Positions 1 to 13,479 of a stretch of 64,000 bases of DNA are shown here, piece by piece. The notes below the pieces were generated by a model, which was not told the origin of the DNA, did not search any database, and saw only the letters and a program-made list of their open reading frames with translations. Where the stretch lies: assembly GCF_963921235.1 (NCBI RefSeq), contig NC_086097.1:67396001-67460000 (forward strand). Reading direction: 5' to 3'. Origin of the DNA: Mobula hypostoma. Taxonomy: Eukaryota. Position 1 is the first letter of the stretch; each line of letters starts with the position of its first letter. A program made the position numbers and the translations under genes.

Positions 1-559
1 CCTCAGACTCTCAGACATTTGGCTTCCAACACCCAGTCCCCGGCCCAGACTTCAGACTATTTAAGACCTCCACCTTCTGGACATGCTGACCCAAGGGCCT
101 CAACCTTTGGTCTCAGCCTCTGGACTCACTGACTTCCGTCTTTGACCTTCAGGCTTCAACCTCTGGACTCACTGATCCCTGGACTTTGACCTCCAGACTT
201 TGCTGATCTCTGGGTATGACTCCAGGTCTCGTTGAGCCTGTAACCTCCAAGCCTTCATCTCTGGAGTCGCAAGGGCCTCAAGCCTGGGATTTGCCGACCT
301 GGGATGGGGATTTGCTCATTGGCCTTCATGCCTCCTGCTTTGATGGACTTCTGACTCACCGAATCGGTGCGACTCACTGACTTAAGGTGTCACCAGCCTT
401 CGTCCATGGTCTTGATGAATGACCACGGGGATTGCTGGTCTTTCTTCTCAGTGCACCTTGACTAGGACTACAATCACTGGTTCCTGCCCTGATCTCTAGC
501 TCCCTCTCTATCCTGTGCTTAAAACCTAACTCCCCACACTGCCCCCAATTTTATTTTGA

Positions 560-700
560 TTATTTTATTTTATTTAGAGATACGGTACAGAACAGACCCC
601 TCTAGCCTAGCAAGTCGTGTTGCCCAACGTCTCACCTATTTAGGACTAGCCTAACCACAGGACAATTTACAATGATCAATTAATCGACTAACTTATATGT
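560..700 (-). mobile_element. V-SINE (HE1-like) 3' fragment
   Basis: (TTTA)n tail followed by gagatacggtacagaacag...ggacaatttacaatgatcaattaa; matches the SINE copies at 19929/25691 and 42135. Confidence 0.65.
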
Positions 701-1432
701 CTTTGATATGACCCTGTGAACCTGAAAGACAGCCAAGTCAGCGATAGACTTTGCAGCTCGGTGCCATCTAGAATGGAAGCTCCCCAAGCTCCCTCACCTA
801 TGAAAGTCAGAAATCTACACCCAACATTTGTTATGGCTGGTTTTGCAAAACCGTGACTATTCAGACAGCAGATCACACATCCACATTCAATGTCAGTCAC
901 TCAAGTTACCTCACTCTTCTTCCACAACACAAACAGCCAAGTGATGTTACTGACCGCCAGGCAGTATACACTGCCTCTACCAACCCAACTAGGCTAACCG
1001 ATAGCCAGTTAGTGACTACTCTCCAACTCCACGTTTACTAACATACCCTGACACACACATCAAGTAAGACAGACTATCTCGCTGCCAAGGTGTCACTCTA
1101 AACAGGAAAGGGCCCTCTCAGGTTCAAGGATGTACTTGATTGAAGGAGTGGTCTCTCCTCCCATCTGGCTTGGAGCAGCTACTAAGGCTGCCAAAGGCGT
1201 AGCTGTCCTGTGTGTCTTCCTCTTCTTGTTGTCCTTCGTACAACGATCAAGCTTCTTAAAAGAATCTGCATGCCCATCGGTCATTTTCTACAATGGAGCA
1301 ATTCATGCAGCAACACAATGATTGTACTATGTATGTTGTGAAAGTCTTTGTAGCCAAGGCATGGAACAGACAGATCCTCCCTTCTGTTCTGCCTGCCTTT
1401 CTGTACTAAGGTTCTGTACTAAAGTACTAAGG

Positions 1433-1727
1433 GAGAAGGAGTCAATTTTAGAAAACCTAGCCCATTTATTTTTCAACATAGTCCCCTCCTACATTTACAC
1501 ACTTAGTCCAGTGGTCATGGAGCAAACGGATCCCTTCTTTGTAGAAGTCGGTGTCTTGGACCTCCAGAAAGTGGTCCACAGCAGGGGTGATTGATACGTT
1601 TGTGGCCTAAGGTAGGAGATGAGTTATGCAGCTCTCATTAAAAGCATGTGCAGTTCAACTCTGAGTGATTATGCAGAAAGTTTGAAGTTAATAACTCATC
1701 TCCTTCTACCTTAGGCCACGAACTTAT
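1433..1727. mobile_element. Partial copy of the palindromic mariner MITE
   Basis: Closely matches the left arm and inner inverted repeat of the element at 35833-36289 (ggggtgattgat..gtggcctaagg / ccttaggccacgaacttat). Confidence 0.8.
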
Positions 1728-1799
1728 GTATATACTTTTATTTTTTTTCCCAGTGAAGTACCTTTTAGGTAATTTGACAAGTGAGGTGGAAAATCTAGT

Positions 1800-3735
1800 C
1801 AGGTGGAAGAAGGCAGCATACATGAGGTTTAGGAAGGAAGGATCTGATGCGTCTATTGAGGAATTTAGGGTAGCAAGAAAGGAGCTTAAGAAGGGGCTGA
1901 GGAGAACAAGAAAGGCGCATGAGAAGGCCTTGGTGAGTAGGGTAAAGGAAAACCCCAAGGCATTCTTCAATTATGTGAAGAACAAAAGGATGACAGGAGT
2001 GAAGGTAGGACGGATTAGAGATAAAGGTGGGAAGATGTGCCTGGAGGCTGTGGAAGTGAGCAAGGTCCTCAATGAATACTTCTGTTCGGTATTCACCAAT
2101 GAGAGGGAACTTGACGATGGTGAGGACAATATGAGTGAGGTTGATGTTCTGGAGCATGTTGATATTAAGGGAGAGGAGGTATTGGAGTTGTTAAAATACA
2201 TTAGGATGGATAAGTCCCCGGGGCCTGACGGAATATTCCCCAGGGTGTTCCACGAGGCGAGGGAAGAGATTGCTGAGCCTCTGGCTAGGATCTTTATGTC
2301 CTCGTTGTCCACGGGAATGGTACCGGAGGATTGGAGGGAGGCGAATATTGTCCTCTTGTTCAAAAAAGGTAGTAGGGATAGTCCAGGTAATTATAGACCA
2401 GTGAGCCTTACGTCTGTGGTGGGAAAGCTGTTGGAAAAGATTCTTAGAGATAGGATCTCTGGGCATTTAGAGAATCATGGTCTGATCAGGGACAGTCAGC
2501 ATGGCTTTGTGAAGGGCAGATCATGTCTAACAAGCCTGATAGAGTTCTTTGAGGAGGTGACCAGGCATATAGATAAGGGTAGTGCAATAGATGTGATCTA
2601 TATGGATTTTAGTAAGGCATTTGACAAGGTTCCACACGGTAGGCTTATTCAGAAAGTCAGAAGGCATGGGATCCAGGGAAGTTTGGCCAGGTGGATTCAG
2701 AATTGGCTTGCCTGCAGAAGGCACAGGGTCATGGTGGAGGGAGTACATTCAGATTGGAGGGTTGTGACCAGTGGTGTCCCACAAGGATCGGTTCTGGGAC
2801 CTCTACTTTTCGTGATTTTTATTAATGACCTGGATGTCGGGGTAGAAGGGTGGGTTGGCAAGTTTGCAGACGACACAAAGGCTGGTGGTGTTGTAGATAG
2901 TGTAGAGGATTGCCAAAGATTGCAGAGAGAAGTGGGCTGAGAAGTGGCAGATGGCGTTTAACCCGGAGAAGTGTGAAGTGGTACACTTTGGAAGGACAAA
3001 CTCCAAGGCAGAGTACAAAGTAAATGGCAGGATACTTGGTAGTGTGGAGGAGCAGAGGGATCTGGGGGTACCTGTCCAGAGATCCTTGAAAGTTGCCTCA
3101 CAGGTGGATAGGGTAGTTAAGAAAGCTTATGGGGTGTTAGCTTTCATAAGTCGAGGGATAGAGTTTAAGAGTCCGATGTAATGATGTAGCTCTATAAAAC
3201 TCTGGTTAGGCCACACTTGGAGTACTGTGTCCAGTTCTGGTCGCCTCACTATAGGAAGGATGTGGAAGCATTGGAAAGGGTACAGAGGAGATTTACCAGG
3301 ATGCTGCCTGGTTTGGAGAGTATGTATTATGATCAGAGGTTAAGGGAGCTAGGGTTTTACTATTTGGAGAGAAGGAGGATGACAGGAGACATGATAGAGG
3401 TGTACAAGATAATAAGAGGAATAGATAGAGTGGATAGCCAGCACCTCTTCTCCACTGCTCAATTCAAGAGGACATGGCTTTAAGGTAAGGGTTGGGAAGT
3501 TCAAGGGGGATATTAGAAGAAAGTTTTTTTACTCAGAGAGTGGTTGGTGCGTGGAATGCACTGCCTGAGTCAGTGGTGGAGGCAGATACACTAGTGAAAT
3601 TTAAGAGACTACTAGGCAGGTATATGGAGGAATTTAAGGTGGGGGGTTATATGGGAGGCAGAGTTTGAGGGTCGGCACAACATTGTGGGCTGAAGGGCCT
3701 GTACTGTGCTGTATTATTCTATGTTCTATGTTCTC
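1800..3735 (+). mobile_element. CR1 LINE, 5'-truncated ORF2 (reverse transcriptase)
   Basis: ORF 1726-2940 has KSPGPDG, NYRPVSLTS, DFSKAFDKV, GVPQGSVLGP and FADD; the C-terminus is frameshifted; (TTCTATG)n tail near 3716-3735. Confidence 0.95.
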
Positions 3736-3800
3736 TAATTTTTGGTGGTTCAAGATCAAGTAAATTTCTAATAATCAGCCATTGGATTTTTTTTTTCCAG

Positions 3801-3864
3801 AAATCATGATTATTTGGCGTTTGGCACATTTAATATTACAAAAAGTGGAGACACAAGTGACTAA
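3801..3864 (+). CDS. Possible terminal coding exon of an unidentified upstream gene (..NHDYLAFGTFNITKSGDTSD*)
   Basis: Acceptor ttttttttttccag ending at 3800, phase-2 frame open to TAA at 3862-3864, AATAAA at 4145, in apparently unique DNA. No upstream exon seen. Confidence 0.25.
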
Positions 3865-4924
3865 ATTAGAGCACAATTGGTGCCAGGTTTCCTGGAGGTG
3901 GGATCGGGGTTTTGAGTCTGGAGCGTTGATGTGTTTCACCTTGTTTTGAAAATCTGGAACACAGAACACACAAGCTGAAGCATGCACACTAAAGTTCATC
4001 AAGTTCTATGTTCTGTACTTTCTTACTGGGACTCCATTTCCTGCTCCCTTTAAATCTACTGGGATCATGGAAAAATGTGAAACAGATGAAAAAAAGGAAA
4101 ATACAAATGTATCGGGGTCTTAATAGGAATAACAACAAGTAGTCAATAAAATCTGCACCAACAAATTCCTGAATATGAGAGACCATTGGAATTTCATTGT
4201 ATAATAAATAGATTATATTTTGAGGACATGACAGAATATGTGTAGAAAAAACTTGAGATGATAGTATTTTATTAACTATGAATACTTGTTCAAATGTGAA
4301 AAATACAATAGTCTTAATAGTAATCCAAACCATTGGGACTAAATCCATATTTAATGTATAAAATGCATAAGAACTGTATATCCATTGAAAATAGGTTAAA
4401 ATGTCTAATTTTTCAGTGTCAGATTTGGATAAAGTATAATAGTGTCAGCATTAAATGATGTGACTGCTGTGACAGATCGAAAAAACATCAGATGTATTCA
4501 AATTATTTGCTTCAAATGCCATTAATATGACTGCACTGCTTTAGTGTTTAGTCCACCAGCTCCTCATATAATGATATATGCAGGTTTTATTGTTTGATGA
4601 GATAGTGAAAACTGATGAGGGGCTTCAAGCTTCACTGCCGTCTACCTTTAACAGCTCTGATATAAATCGTAGTTATATTCTGTCAGCACAAGAACAGCAA
4701 AATAAAATCAACACAATTAAACTCACATCAAAGTATGATGTCATTGGTGATGTTAGTTGCAACAGAAGGGAGGTGAACCAGAGACATTTTCTGTGGGTAA
4801 TAGATCAATCACAGCAGATAAGAAATGCGTCATTCAGGCCAAGACAGCACACTGTATCAGAATGTTGCCAAGCAATATTAACATGCTTTCCAGCATCATA
4901 CTTTCATGAATATAAGTACTTTGT

Positions 4925-4982
4925 TTATAATTTTATATCCTGAACCATGTCTCTTTTTGATAACATCATGTATTTTGTTTTT
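4925..4982 (-). CDS. Candidate last coding exon of an unidentified minus-strand gene (KTKYMMLSKRDMVQDIKL*)
   Basis: Strong acceptor cctgttttcccatttctgttcctcag; phase matches the 5055-5093 exon; minus-strand AATAAA near 4586 and 4268. Confidence 0.55.
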
Positions 4983-5054
4983 CTGAGGAACAGAAATGGG
5001 AAAACAGGCTTATGAGATTGTTGTGAATATAGTCCATATGTAAATAATACTTAC

Positions 5055-5093
5055 AGAGTGTTCAACAGTTTTCTATTTTGTTGGAAATCTTTT
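5055..5093 (-). CDS. Candidate 39-nt exon (KDFQQNRKLLNTL), phase 2-2
   Basis: Acceptor ...aatattttag, perfect donor gtaagt, 72-nt intron to the last exon; only phase 2 is free of stops. Confidence 0.55.
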
Positions 5094-5351
5094 CTAAAAT
5101 ATTGAAATTGTGGTAGAATTAGTTGATTTTCTATTTTTAGTAGAAAGACCACTGTAACTATGAAGAAGAGTAATTGCAGTTTAATATTTTGCAATCCTAC
5201 CTTAAGCCATAAGGGCAAAAATAATTATGCATTTATCATTCCATTGTCCACACTTCTGCATACAAATAGCACCTTTCCTTACAAGAGCAATAGTTCTTCA
5301 GCAACACCTCCAGCAAATTTGATTCATGAATACAGCCACTTTTCATATATA

Positions 5352-8300
5352 TAACCACATAACCATGTAACAATTACAGCACGGAAACAGGCCATCTCGG
5401 CCCTTCTAGTCCGTGCCGAACTCCTACTCTCACCTAGTCCCACCGACCTGCACTCGGTCCATAACCCTCTATTCCCTTCCTGTCTATATATCTATCCAAT
5501 TTAACTTTAAATGACAACATCGAACTTGCCTCAACCACTTCTGCTGGAAACTCGTTCCACACAGCCACCACTCTCTGAGTAAAGAAGTTCCCCCTCATGT
5601 TATCCCTAAACTTTTGCCCTTTAACTCTCAACTCATGTCCTCTTGTTTGAATCTCCCCAACTCTCAATGGAAAAAGCCTATCCACGTCAACTCTCTCAAT
5701 CCCCCTCATAATTTTTAATACCTCTATCAAGTCCCCTCTCAACCTTCTAAGCTCCAAAGAATAAACACCTAACTTGTTTCAACCTTTCTCTGTAACTTAG
5801 GAGATGAAACCCAGGCAACATTTTAGTAAACCTCCTCCGTACTCTCTCAATTTTATTGACATCTTTCCTATAATTCGATGACCAGAACTGTACACAATAC
5901 TCCAAATTTGAACTTACCAATGCTTTATACAATTTCAACATTACATCCCAACTCCTATACTCAATGCTCTGATTAATAAAGGCCAGCATACCAAAAGCTT
6001 TCTTCACCACCCTATCCACATGAGATTCCACCTTCAGGGAACCATGCACCATTATTCCTAGATCCCTCTGTTCTACAGCATTCTTCAATGCCCTACCATT
6101 TACCATGTATGTCCTATTTTGATTAGTCCTACCAAAATGTAGCACCTCACATTTTCCAGCATTAAACTCCTTCTGCCATCTTCCAGCCCACTCTTCTAAC
6201 TGGCCTAAATCTGTCTGCAAGCTTTGAAAACCTACTTCATTATCCACAACGCCACCTATCATCTGCATACTTACTAATCCAATTTACCACCCCATCATCC
6301 AGATCATTAATATATATGACAAACAACATTGGACCCAGTACAGATCCCTGAGGCACACCGCTACACACCATCCTCCAATCTGACACACAGTTATCCACCA
6401 CTACTCTCTGGCGTCTCCCATCCAGCCACTGCTGAATCCACTTTACTACTTCGATATTAATGCCTAACGATTGAACCTTCCTAACTAACCTTCCGTGTGG
6501 AACCTTGTCAAAGGCCTTACTGAAGTCCATATAGACAACATCCACCGCTTTACCCTCGTCAACTTTCCTAGTAACCTCTTCAAAAAATTCAATAAGATTA
6601 GTCAAACATGACCTTTCACGCACAAATCCATGTTGACTGTTCCTAATCAGACCCTGTCTATCCGGATAATTATATATACCATCTCTAAGAAAACTTTCCA
6701 TCAATTTACCCACCACTGACATCAAACTCACAGGCTGATAATTGCTAGGTTTACTCTTAGAAGCCTTTCAAAACAATGGAACAACATGAGCAATATGCCA
6801 ATCCTCCAGCACCATCCCCGTTTCTAATGATATTTGAAATATTTCTGTCAGAGCCGCTGCTATTTCCACACTAACTTCTCTCAAGGTCCTAGGGAATATC
6901 TTGTCCGGACCCGGAGACTTATCCACTTTTATATTCCTTAAAAGCACCAGTACTTCCTCTTCTTTAATCGCCATACTTTCCATAACTACCCTTCTTGTTT
7001 CCTTTACCTTACACAATTCAATATCCTTGTCCTTAGTGAATACCGAAGAAAAGAAATTGTTCAAAATCTCCGCCATCTCTTTTGGCTCCGCACATAGCCA
7101 TCCACTCTGATTCTCTAAGGGACCAATTTTATCCCTCACTATCCTCTTGCTGTTTATATAACTGTAGACTATGACTGTATAACTGTATAACTATGACTCT
7201 GCCATAGTTGGATGCATCAGCAAGGGAGATGAGGCTGAGTACAGGGCTACAGTAGGAAACTTTGTCACATGGTGTGAGCAGAATTATCTACAGTTTAATG
7301 TGAAAAAGACTAAGGAGCTGGTGGTAGACCTGAGGAGAGCTAAGGTACCAGTGACCCCTGTTTCCATCCAGGGGTCAGTGTAGACATGGTGGAGGATTAC
7401 AAATACCTGGGGGTACGAATTGACAATAAACTGGACTGGTCAAAGAACACTGAGACTGTCTACAAGAAGGGTCAGAGCCGTTCTGTTTCCTGAGGAGACT
7501 GAGGTCCTTTAACATCTGCCGGATGATGCTGAGGATGTTCTACGAGTCTGTAGTGGCCAGTGCTATCATGTTTGCTGTTGTGTGCTGGGGAAGCAGGCTG
7601 AGGGTAACAGAATCAACAAAATCATTCGTAAGGCCAGTGATGTTGTGGGGATGGAACTGGACTCTCTCACGGTGGTGTCTGAAAAGAGGATGCTGTCTAA
7701 GTTGCATGCCATCTTGGTCAATGTCTCCCATCCACTACATAATGTACTGGTTGGGCACAGGAGTACATTCAGCCAGAGACTCATTCCACCGAGATGCAGC
7801 ACAGAGCGTCATAGGAAGTCATTCCTGCCTGTGGCCATCAAACTTTACAACTCCTCCCTTGGAGGGTCAGACCCCCTGAGCCAATAGGCTGGTCCTGGAC
7901 TTATTTCATAATTTACTGGCATAATTTACATCTTACTATTTAACTATTTATGGTTCTATTACTATTTATTATTTATGGTGCAACTGTAACAAAAACCAAT
8001 TTCCCCCAGGATCAATAAAGTATGACTATGACCAGAAAGCCTTTGGATTTATTTTCACCTTACCCACTAAAGTTGCCTCGGATCTTCTTCTAGGTGTTCT
8101 AATTTCTTTCTTAAGATCCTTTTAACATTCTTTATATTTCTCGAGTACCTCATTAACTCCAAGCTGCCTATGTTTATTGTAAATCCCTCTCTTTTTCCAA
8201 ACCAAGTTTCCTATGTCCCTTGAAAACCATGGCTCTCTCAAACTTTTAACCTTTCCTTTCAACCTAACAGGAACATAAAATCCTGTACCCTCAAAATTTC

Positions 8301-10260
8301 ACCTTTAAATGATCTCCATTTCTCTATTACATCCTTCCAATAAAAAAAATTGTCCCAATCCACTCCTTCTAAATCCTTCCGCATCTCCTCAAAGTTAGCC
8401 TTTCTCCAATCAAAAATCTCAACCCTGGGTCCTGTCCTATCCTTCTCCGTAATTATATTGAAACTAATGGTATTGTGATCACTGGACCCGAAGTGCTCCC
8501 CAACACAAACCTCTGTCACCTGCCCTATCTCATTCCCTAACAGGAGATCCAACACTGCCCCTTCTCTAGTTGGTACCTCTATGTATTGCTGCAAAAAACT
8601 ATCTTGCACACATTTGACAAACTTCAAACTATCCAGCCCTTTTACAGAATGGGCTTCCCAGTCTATGTGTGGAAAATTAAAATCTCCCACAATCACAACC
8701 TTGTGCTTACTACAAATATCTGCTATCTCCTTACAAATTTGTTCCTCCAGTTCTCGGTCCCCATTAGGTGGTCTATAATACACCCCTATAAGCGTCACAA
8801 CACCTTTCCTATTCCTCAATTTCACCCAAATAGCCTCCTTAGATGAGTCCACTAATCTATCCTGCCAGAGGACCGCTGTTATATATTCTCTGACAAGCAA
8901 TGCAACACCTCCCCCTCTTGCTCCTCCTATTCTATCACACCTGAAGCAATGAAATCCTGGAATATTTAGTTGCCAATCACACCCCTCCTGCAACCACGTT
9001 TCACTAATAGCTACAACATCATATTTCCAGGTATCAATCCATGGTCTGAGCTCATCCACCTTTCTTACAATGCTCCTAGCATTAAAATAGATGCTTTTAA
9101 GAAACTCTCCACCTCTTACTCTCTTTTTATCCTTACTGGAGCAAACAACTTTGTTATCTTTTTCTTCCTTGTCCCCTACATCTTTGGCCTGAGTGCTCCT
9201 GATCTCTGTCCCCTGCCTATCCTCCCTCACACACTGTCTACTAGCTTTCTCTATTTGTGAACTAACCTCCTCTCTCCTAGTCTCTTTAATTTGATTCCCA
9301 CCCCCCCCCCCACAACCATTCTAGTTTAAAGTCACCTCAGTAGCTCTCGCAAATCTACCCGCCAGGATATTGGTCCCCCTAGGATTCAAGTGTAACCCCT
9401 CCTTTTTGTACAGGTCACACCTACGCCAAAAGAGGTCCCAATGATCCAAAAACTTGAATCCCTGCCCCCTGCTCCAATCCCTCAGCCACGCATTTATCCT
9501 CCACCTCATTGCAGTCCTACTTTCACTGTCGCGTAGCACAGGCAGTAATCCCGAGATTACTACCTTTGCGGTCCTTTTTCTCAACTCCCTTCCTAACTCC
9601 CTATATTCTCCTTTCAGGACCTCTCCCCTTTTCCTACCTATGTCGTTGGTACCTATATGTACCACAACCTCTGGCTCCTCTCCCTCCCACTTCAGGATAT
9701 CTTGGACACGATCAGAAATATCCCGGAACCTGGCACCAAGGAGGCAAACTACCATCCGGGTCTCCGGACTGCGTCCACAGAATCGCCTATCTGACCCCCT
9801 TACTATTGAGTCCCCTATTACTACTGCCCTCCTCTTCCTTTCCCTACCCTGCTGAACTACAGGGCCAGACTCTGTGCTGGAGGCACAGCCGCTGTTGCTT
9901 CCCCCAGGTAAGCTGTCCCCCTCAACAGTACTCTAACAGGAGTACCTGTTGTCAAGGGGCACAGCACTGGGGTACTCTCTATTACCTGACTCTTCCTCTT
10001 CCCCGCCTAGCCGTGACCCGCTTGTCTGCCTCCCGTGGCCCTGGTGTGACCACCTAGCCTGTAACTCCTCTCTATCAACTCCTCACTCTCCCTGACCAGA
10101 CGAAGGTCATCGAGCTGCAGCTCCAGTTCCCTAATGTGGTCTCTTAGGAGCTGCATCTCGACGCACCTGGCGCAGATGTGGACGTCCGGGAGGCCTGGAG
10201 ACCCCAGGACCTCCCACATCCGGCACCAAGAACAACAAGCTGCCCTCACACTCATACTTC
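5352..10260 (-). mobile_element. Near-full-length CR1 LINE (ORF1 Zn-finger/SGNH esterase; ORF2 APE + RT), interrupted by Rex1
   Basis: ORF1 pieces CSWCRMWE..CARC and VVHIGTND..EGLHLN; APE 8259-9230 (FNARSI, ISETW, GDFN, SDH); RT pieces 5434-7139; short tandem tail at 5352-5370. Confidence 0.95.
7168..8032 (+). mobile_element. Rex1 LINE 3' fragment inserted in CR1
   Basis: RT C-terminus (LNVKKTKEL-like motif, HPLHNVL..SFLPVAIKLYN), AATAAA and (CTATGA)n tail; very similar to 25925-26934. Confidence 0.9.
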
Positions 10261-10314
10261 CCCTCTCCTCAAATAACAACAAAAAATGAATACCAAACCC
10301 TCTTTGCTTTGTAC

Positions 10315-11002
10315 TAAGACCATAAGACATAGGAGCAGAATTAGGCCATTCAGCCCATCGAGTCTGCTCTGCCATTCCATCATGGCTGATCCTGGATCCC
10401 ACTCAATTCTATACACCTGCCTTCCCACCATATCCTTTTAATGCCCTGACCGATCAGTAAACTATCAACTTCCGCCTTAAATATACACATGAAGTTGGCC
10501 TCCACCGCAGTCTGTGGCAGAGCAATCCACAGATTCACTACTCTCTGGCTAAAGAAATTCCTCCTTACCTCTGTTCTAAAAGGTCGCACTTCAATTTTGG
10601 GGCTGTGGCCTCTAGTTCTGGATACCCCCACCATAGGAGACATCCTCTCCACATCACCCTATCTAGTCCTTGCAACATTCAGCAGGTTTCAATGAGATCC
10701 CCCCCATATTCTTCTAAATTCCAGTGAGTACAGGTGCTGCCAAATGCTCATCATATGTTAACCCCTTCAATCCCGGAATCATCCTCATGAACCTCCTCTG
10801 GACTCTCTGCACTGACAATACATCCTTTCTGAGATATGGGGCCCAAACCTTTTGCCCATACGCCAAGTGTGGCCTGACTAGTGTCTTATAAAGACTCAGA
10901 ATTATGTCCTTGCTTTTATATTCTATTCCCCTTGAAATAAATGCCAACATTGCTTTTGCCTTCTTCACCACAGACTCAACCTGTAAATTAACCTTCTGGG
11001 AG
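10315..11002 (-). mobile_element. CR1 3' fragment of a different subfamily
   Basis: ORFs 10714-10971 and 10380-10652 are CR1 RT C-terminus; taagaccataagacatagg tail. Confidence 0.9.
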
Positions 11003-12323
11003 TGTACACCTCACTTAAAGTAAAGGATGAAGCCACACCTGCATTCCTGGACCTCTGTGTGTTCCTTGAATTCATTTAACGTTTTGAAGTTGCAAATAAT
11101 AACATTTTGGCAATGAGATATTTTTACCGAACTGTTAAAGCGGAGTGAGACATTTGAAGTAAAAAGAAACAGTTCAGCACAGCCCAGCAGGTGGAGAGAT
11201 AGTCTTCAGAAGGGAAGACATGATTGAGTTTCTTAAAGTCAGAAAATGGAAGAATTCAGGGTTGATAAAAAGTGAATACTGGGTAATACTAATCAAAAAA
11301 ATCAGAAATGGCTGGCTACATCGGAAAAGTTGACAAGCTTGATTACGCGACACAATTCATGTATATTGAGCTATTGGAACAAATGAAATAACCAGTGAGA
11401 AGCGAGTCCCAATTTTGCTGAGTTCACTCAGTTTAAAGGCATACAGTTTACTTTGACGTTTGACTGCCCCAAACAAACTATCAAATAAGCTTTGCTACTA
11501 TTGTAAAAGTGATGCAGGAGCATTTAGAACCAAAGTCATTGTTGATTGCAGAATTCCTTAGGTTTCACAAATGGCTCCAAAAGGAAGGGGAGTCCATTTT
11601 AGCCTATGTAGCTGAATTGAAGAGTTTGTATGAGCATTATCAGTTCGGTAATGGACTTAATGATGCACTGAGGGATCGTTTAGTTTGTGGAATCTTAAAA
11701 GAAAGCATTCAAAAATGGCTCCTAACTGAAGCACAGCTGACATTCAAACGGGCAGTGGAAATCGCTGTTTCAGTGGGAACTACCAACAGAGACACAAGTT
11801 GCAGCCAAGAATGAAAGTGAGCATGAACAAAATTGCATTGTCTAAACAGACACCAGCCTGGCCAAATAAATTGTGTTACCGTTGTGGCAGGGGATCACAT
11901 GCACCAAACAAATACAGATTTAAAGGTGAAACTTGCAGAAAAGGCAACAAAGTAGGACACATACGAAGAGTATGTTGGCCAGACAAAAATAAGTGGACTG
12001 CACAGGGAAGAAAAAATGCTAAAAAGTCAAGATGTAGTTTTAAAAAGAGCACTGATCTGCACACTGTTGATGAAAAATCTGATAAGGATGTAAATGACAC
12101 AGGACTGTGTAGCTTTGAGATTTATAGTGTGAAAATTAACAATAGACAAGCAATATGGTTAATGCCAGAAGTGAACTGCAAATTAATTAAAATAGAATTG
12201 GATATTGGTTCAGCTGTTTCAAACATTCCGCAAAATGAGTTTGAATAGCATTTCAAAGGTATCAAACTGAAGCCTGCAGATATCCAATTAAGGAGTTACA
12301 GTATACCGGTGAAAAGATAACTC

Positions 12324-13215
12324 AGAATCAGAATCAGGCTTAACATCTCCGGCATATGTCGTGAAATTTGTTCACTTTGCAGCAGCAGTATAATGCAATA
12401 CATAACAATAGAGAGAAAAAACTGTGAATTATAGTAACTGTATATATATATATATAAAAATGGTTAAATTACATAAATAGAGCAAAATGGGAAAAAAAAT
12501 GTAGTGTGGTAGTGTTCATGGGTTCAACGTACAGTCAGAAATTGGATGGCAGAGGGAAAGAAGCTGTTTCTGAATCACCGAGTGCGTGTCTTCAGACTTC
12601 TGTACCCCCTACCTACCTGATAGCAACAATAAGAGGACATGTTCTGGGTGGTGGAGGTCCTTAATGATGGACACCACCTTTTTGAGGCACTGCTCCTTGA
12701 AGATGTTTTGGATACTATGGAGGCTAGTACCCATGATTGACTGACTAATTTTACAACTCTCTGCAGCGTACTTACACTCTGTGCAGTAGCTATGCCCCTC
12801 TTCATTCTAAATGGTGATGCACCCAGTTAGAATGCTCTCTACTGTACATCTGTAGTAATTTTGCAAGTGTTTTTGGTGACATATCAAATCTCGTCTAACT
12901 CCTAATGAAATATAGCTATTGTTTTGCTATAGCCGTATCAATATATTGCATCCAGGTTGGGTCCTCAGAGAGGCTGACACCCAGGACTCGGAAATCTCCA
13001 CTTCTGATCCCTCTATGAGGATTGGAGTGTGTTCCCTTGTCTTATCTTTTCTGAAGTCCATGCTCATCTCTTTGATTACTGAGTGCACGGTTGTTGCTGT
13101 GACACCATTCAGCTAGCTGGTATATCTTGCTCCTATATGCCCTCTTGTCACCACCTGAGATTCTGCCAACAATGGATGTATTGTCAGCAAGTTTATAGAT
13201 GCAATTTGAGTTATG
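12324..13215 (-). mobile_element. Rex1/Babar-like LINE 3' fragment in the Gypsy protease
   Basis: (AGAATC)n tail and YKLADNTSIVGRIS motif; the host protease reads through as GEKIT|PVGITSVTVKY. Confidence 0.85.
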
Positions 13216-13479
13216 CCTGTGGGAATAACATCCGTAACAGTGAAATACAACAACCAACAAGCCACATTGAGCTTGTATGTGGTAAGAACAGAAGGAACAG
13301 TATTGTGGGGGTGTGATTGGCCGAGGCAACTACAACTTGATTGAAGATCCATCCACCATTTGCCTGCTACTTTTCCTGCAATGAAGCCAACTGAAAGTGA
13401 ATTAAGAAAGGTAGTGGATGACACCACAATTGTCTCCATGTTGAACATCGTGAAATGTTGTCGAACAGAGAACAAACAA

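Noticed and set aside
700..1430. Possible LTR-element 3' remnant (RKGPLRFKD)
   Set aside because: Only a short motif; no LTR or catalytic domain could be confirmed.
1726..2940. 404-aa reverse transcriptase ORF as a host or retron-like gene
   Set aside because: It is CR1 ORF2, 5'-truncated and frameshifted, with a LINE tail.
3989..4943. ORFs 3989-4348 and 4578-4943
   Set aside because: AT-rich with no recognisable motifs; more likely chance ORFs in UTR or intergenic DNA.
9321..9755. SGNH esterase ORF as a standalone enzyme
   Set aside because: Normal ORF1 domain of CR1-type LINEs; repeated at 45417 and 61387.
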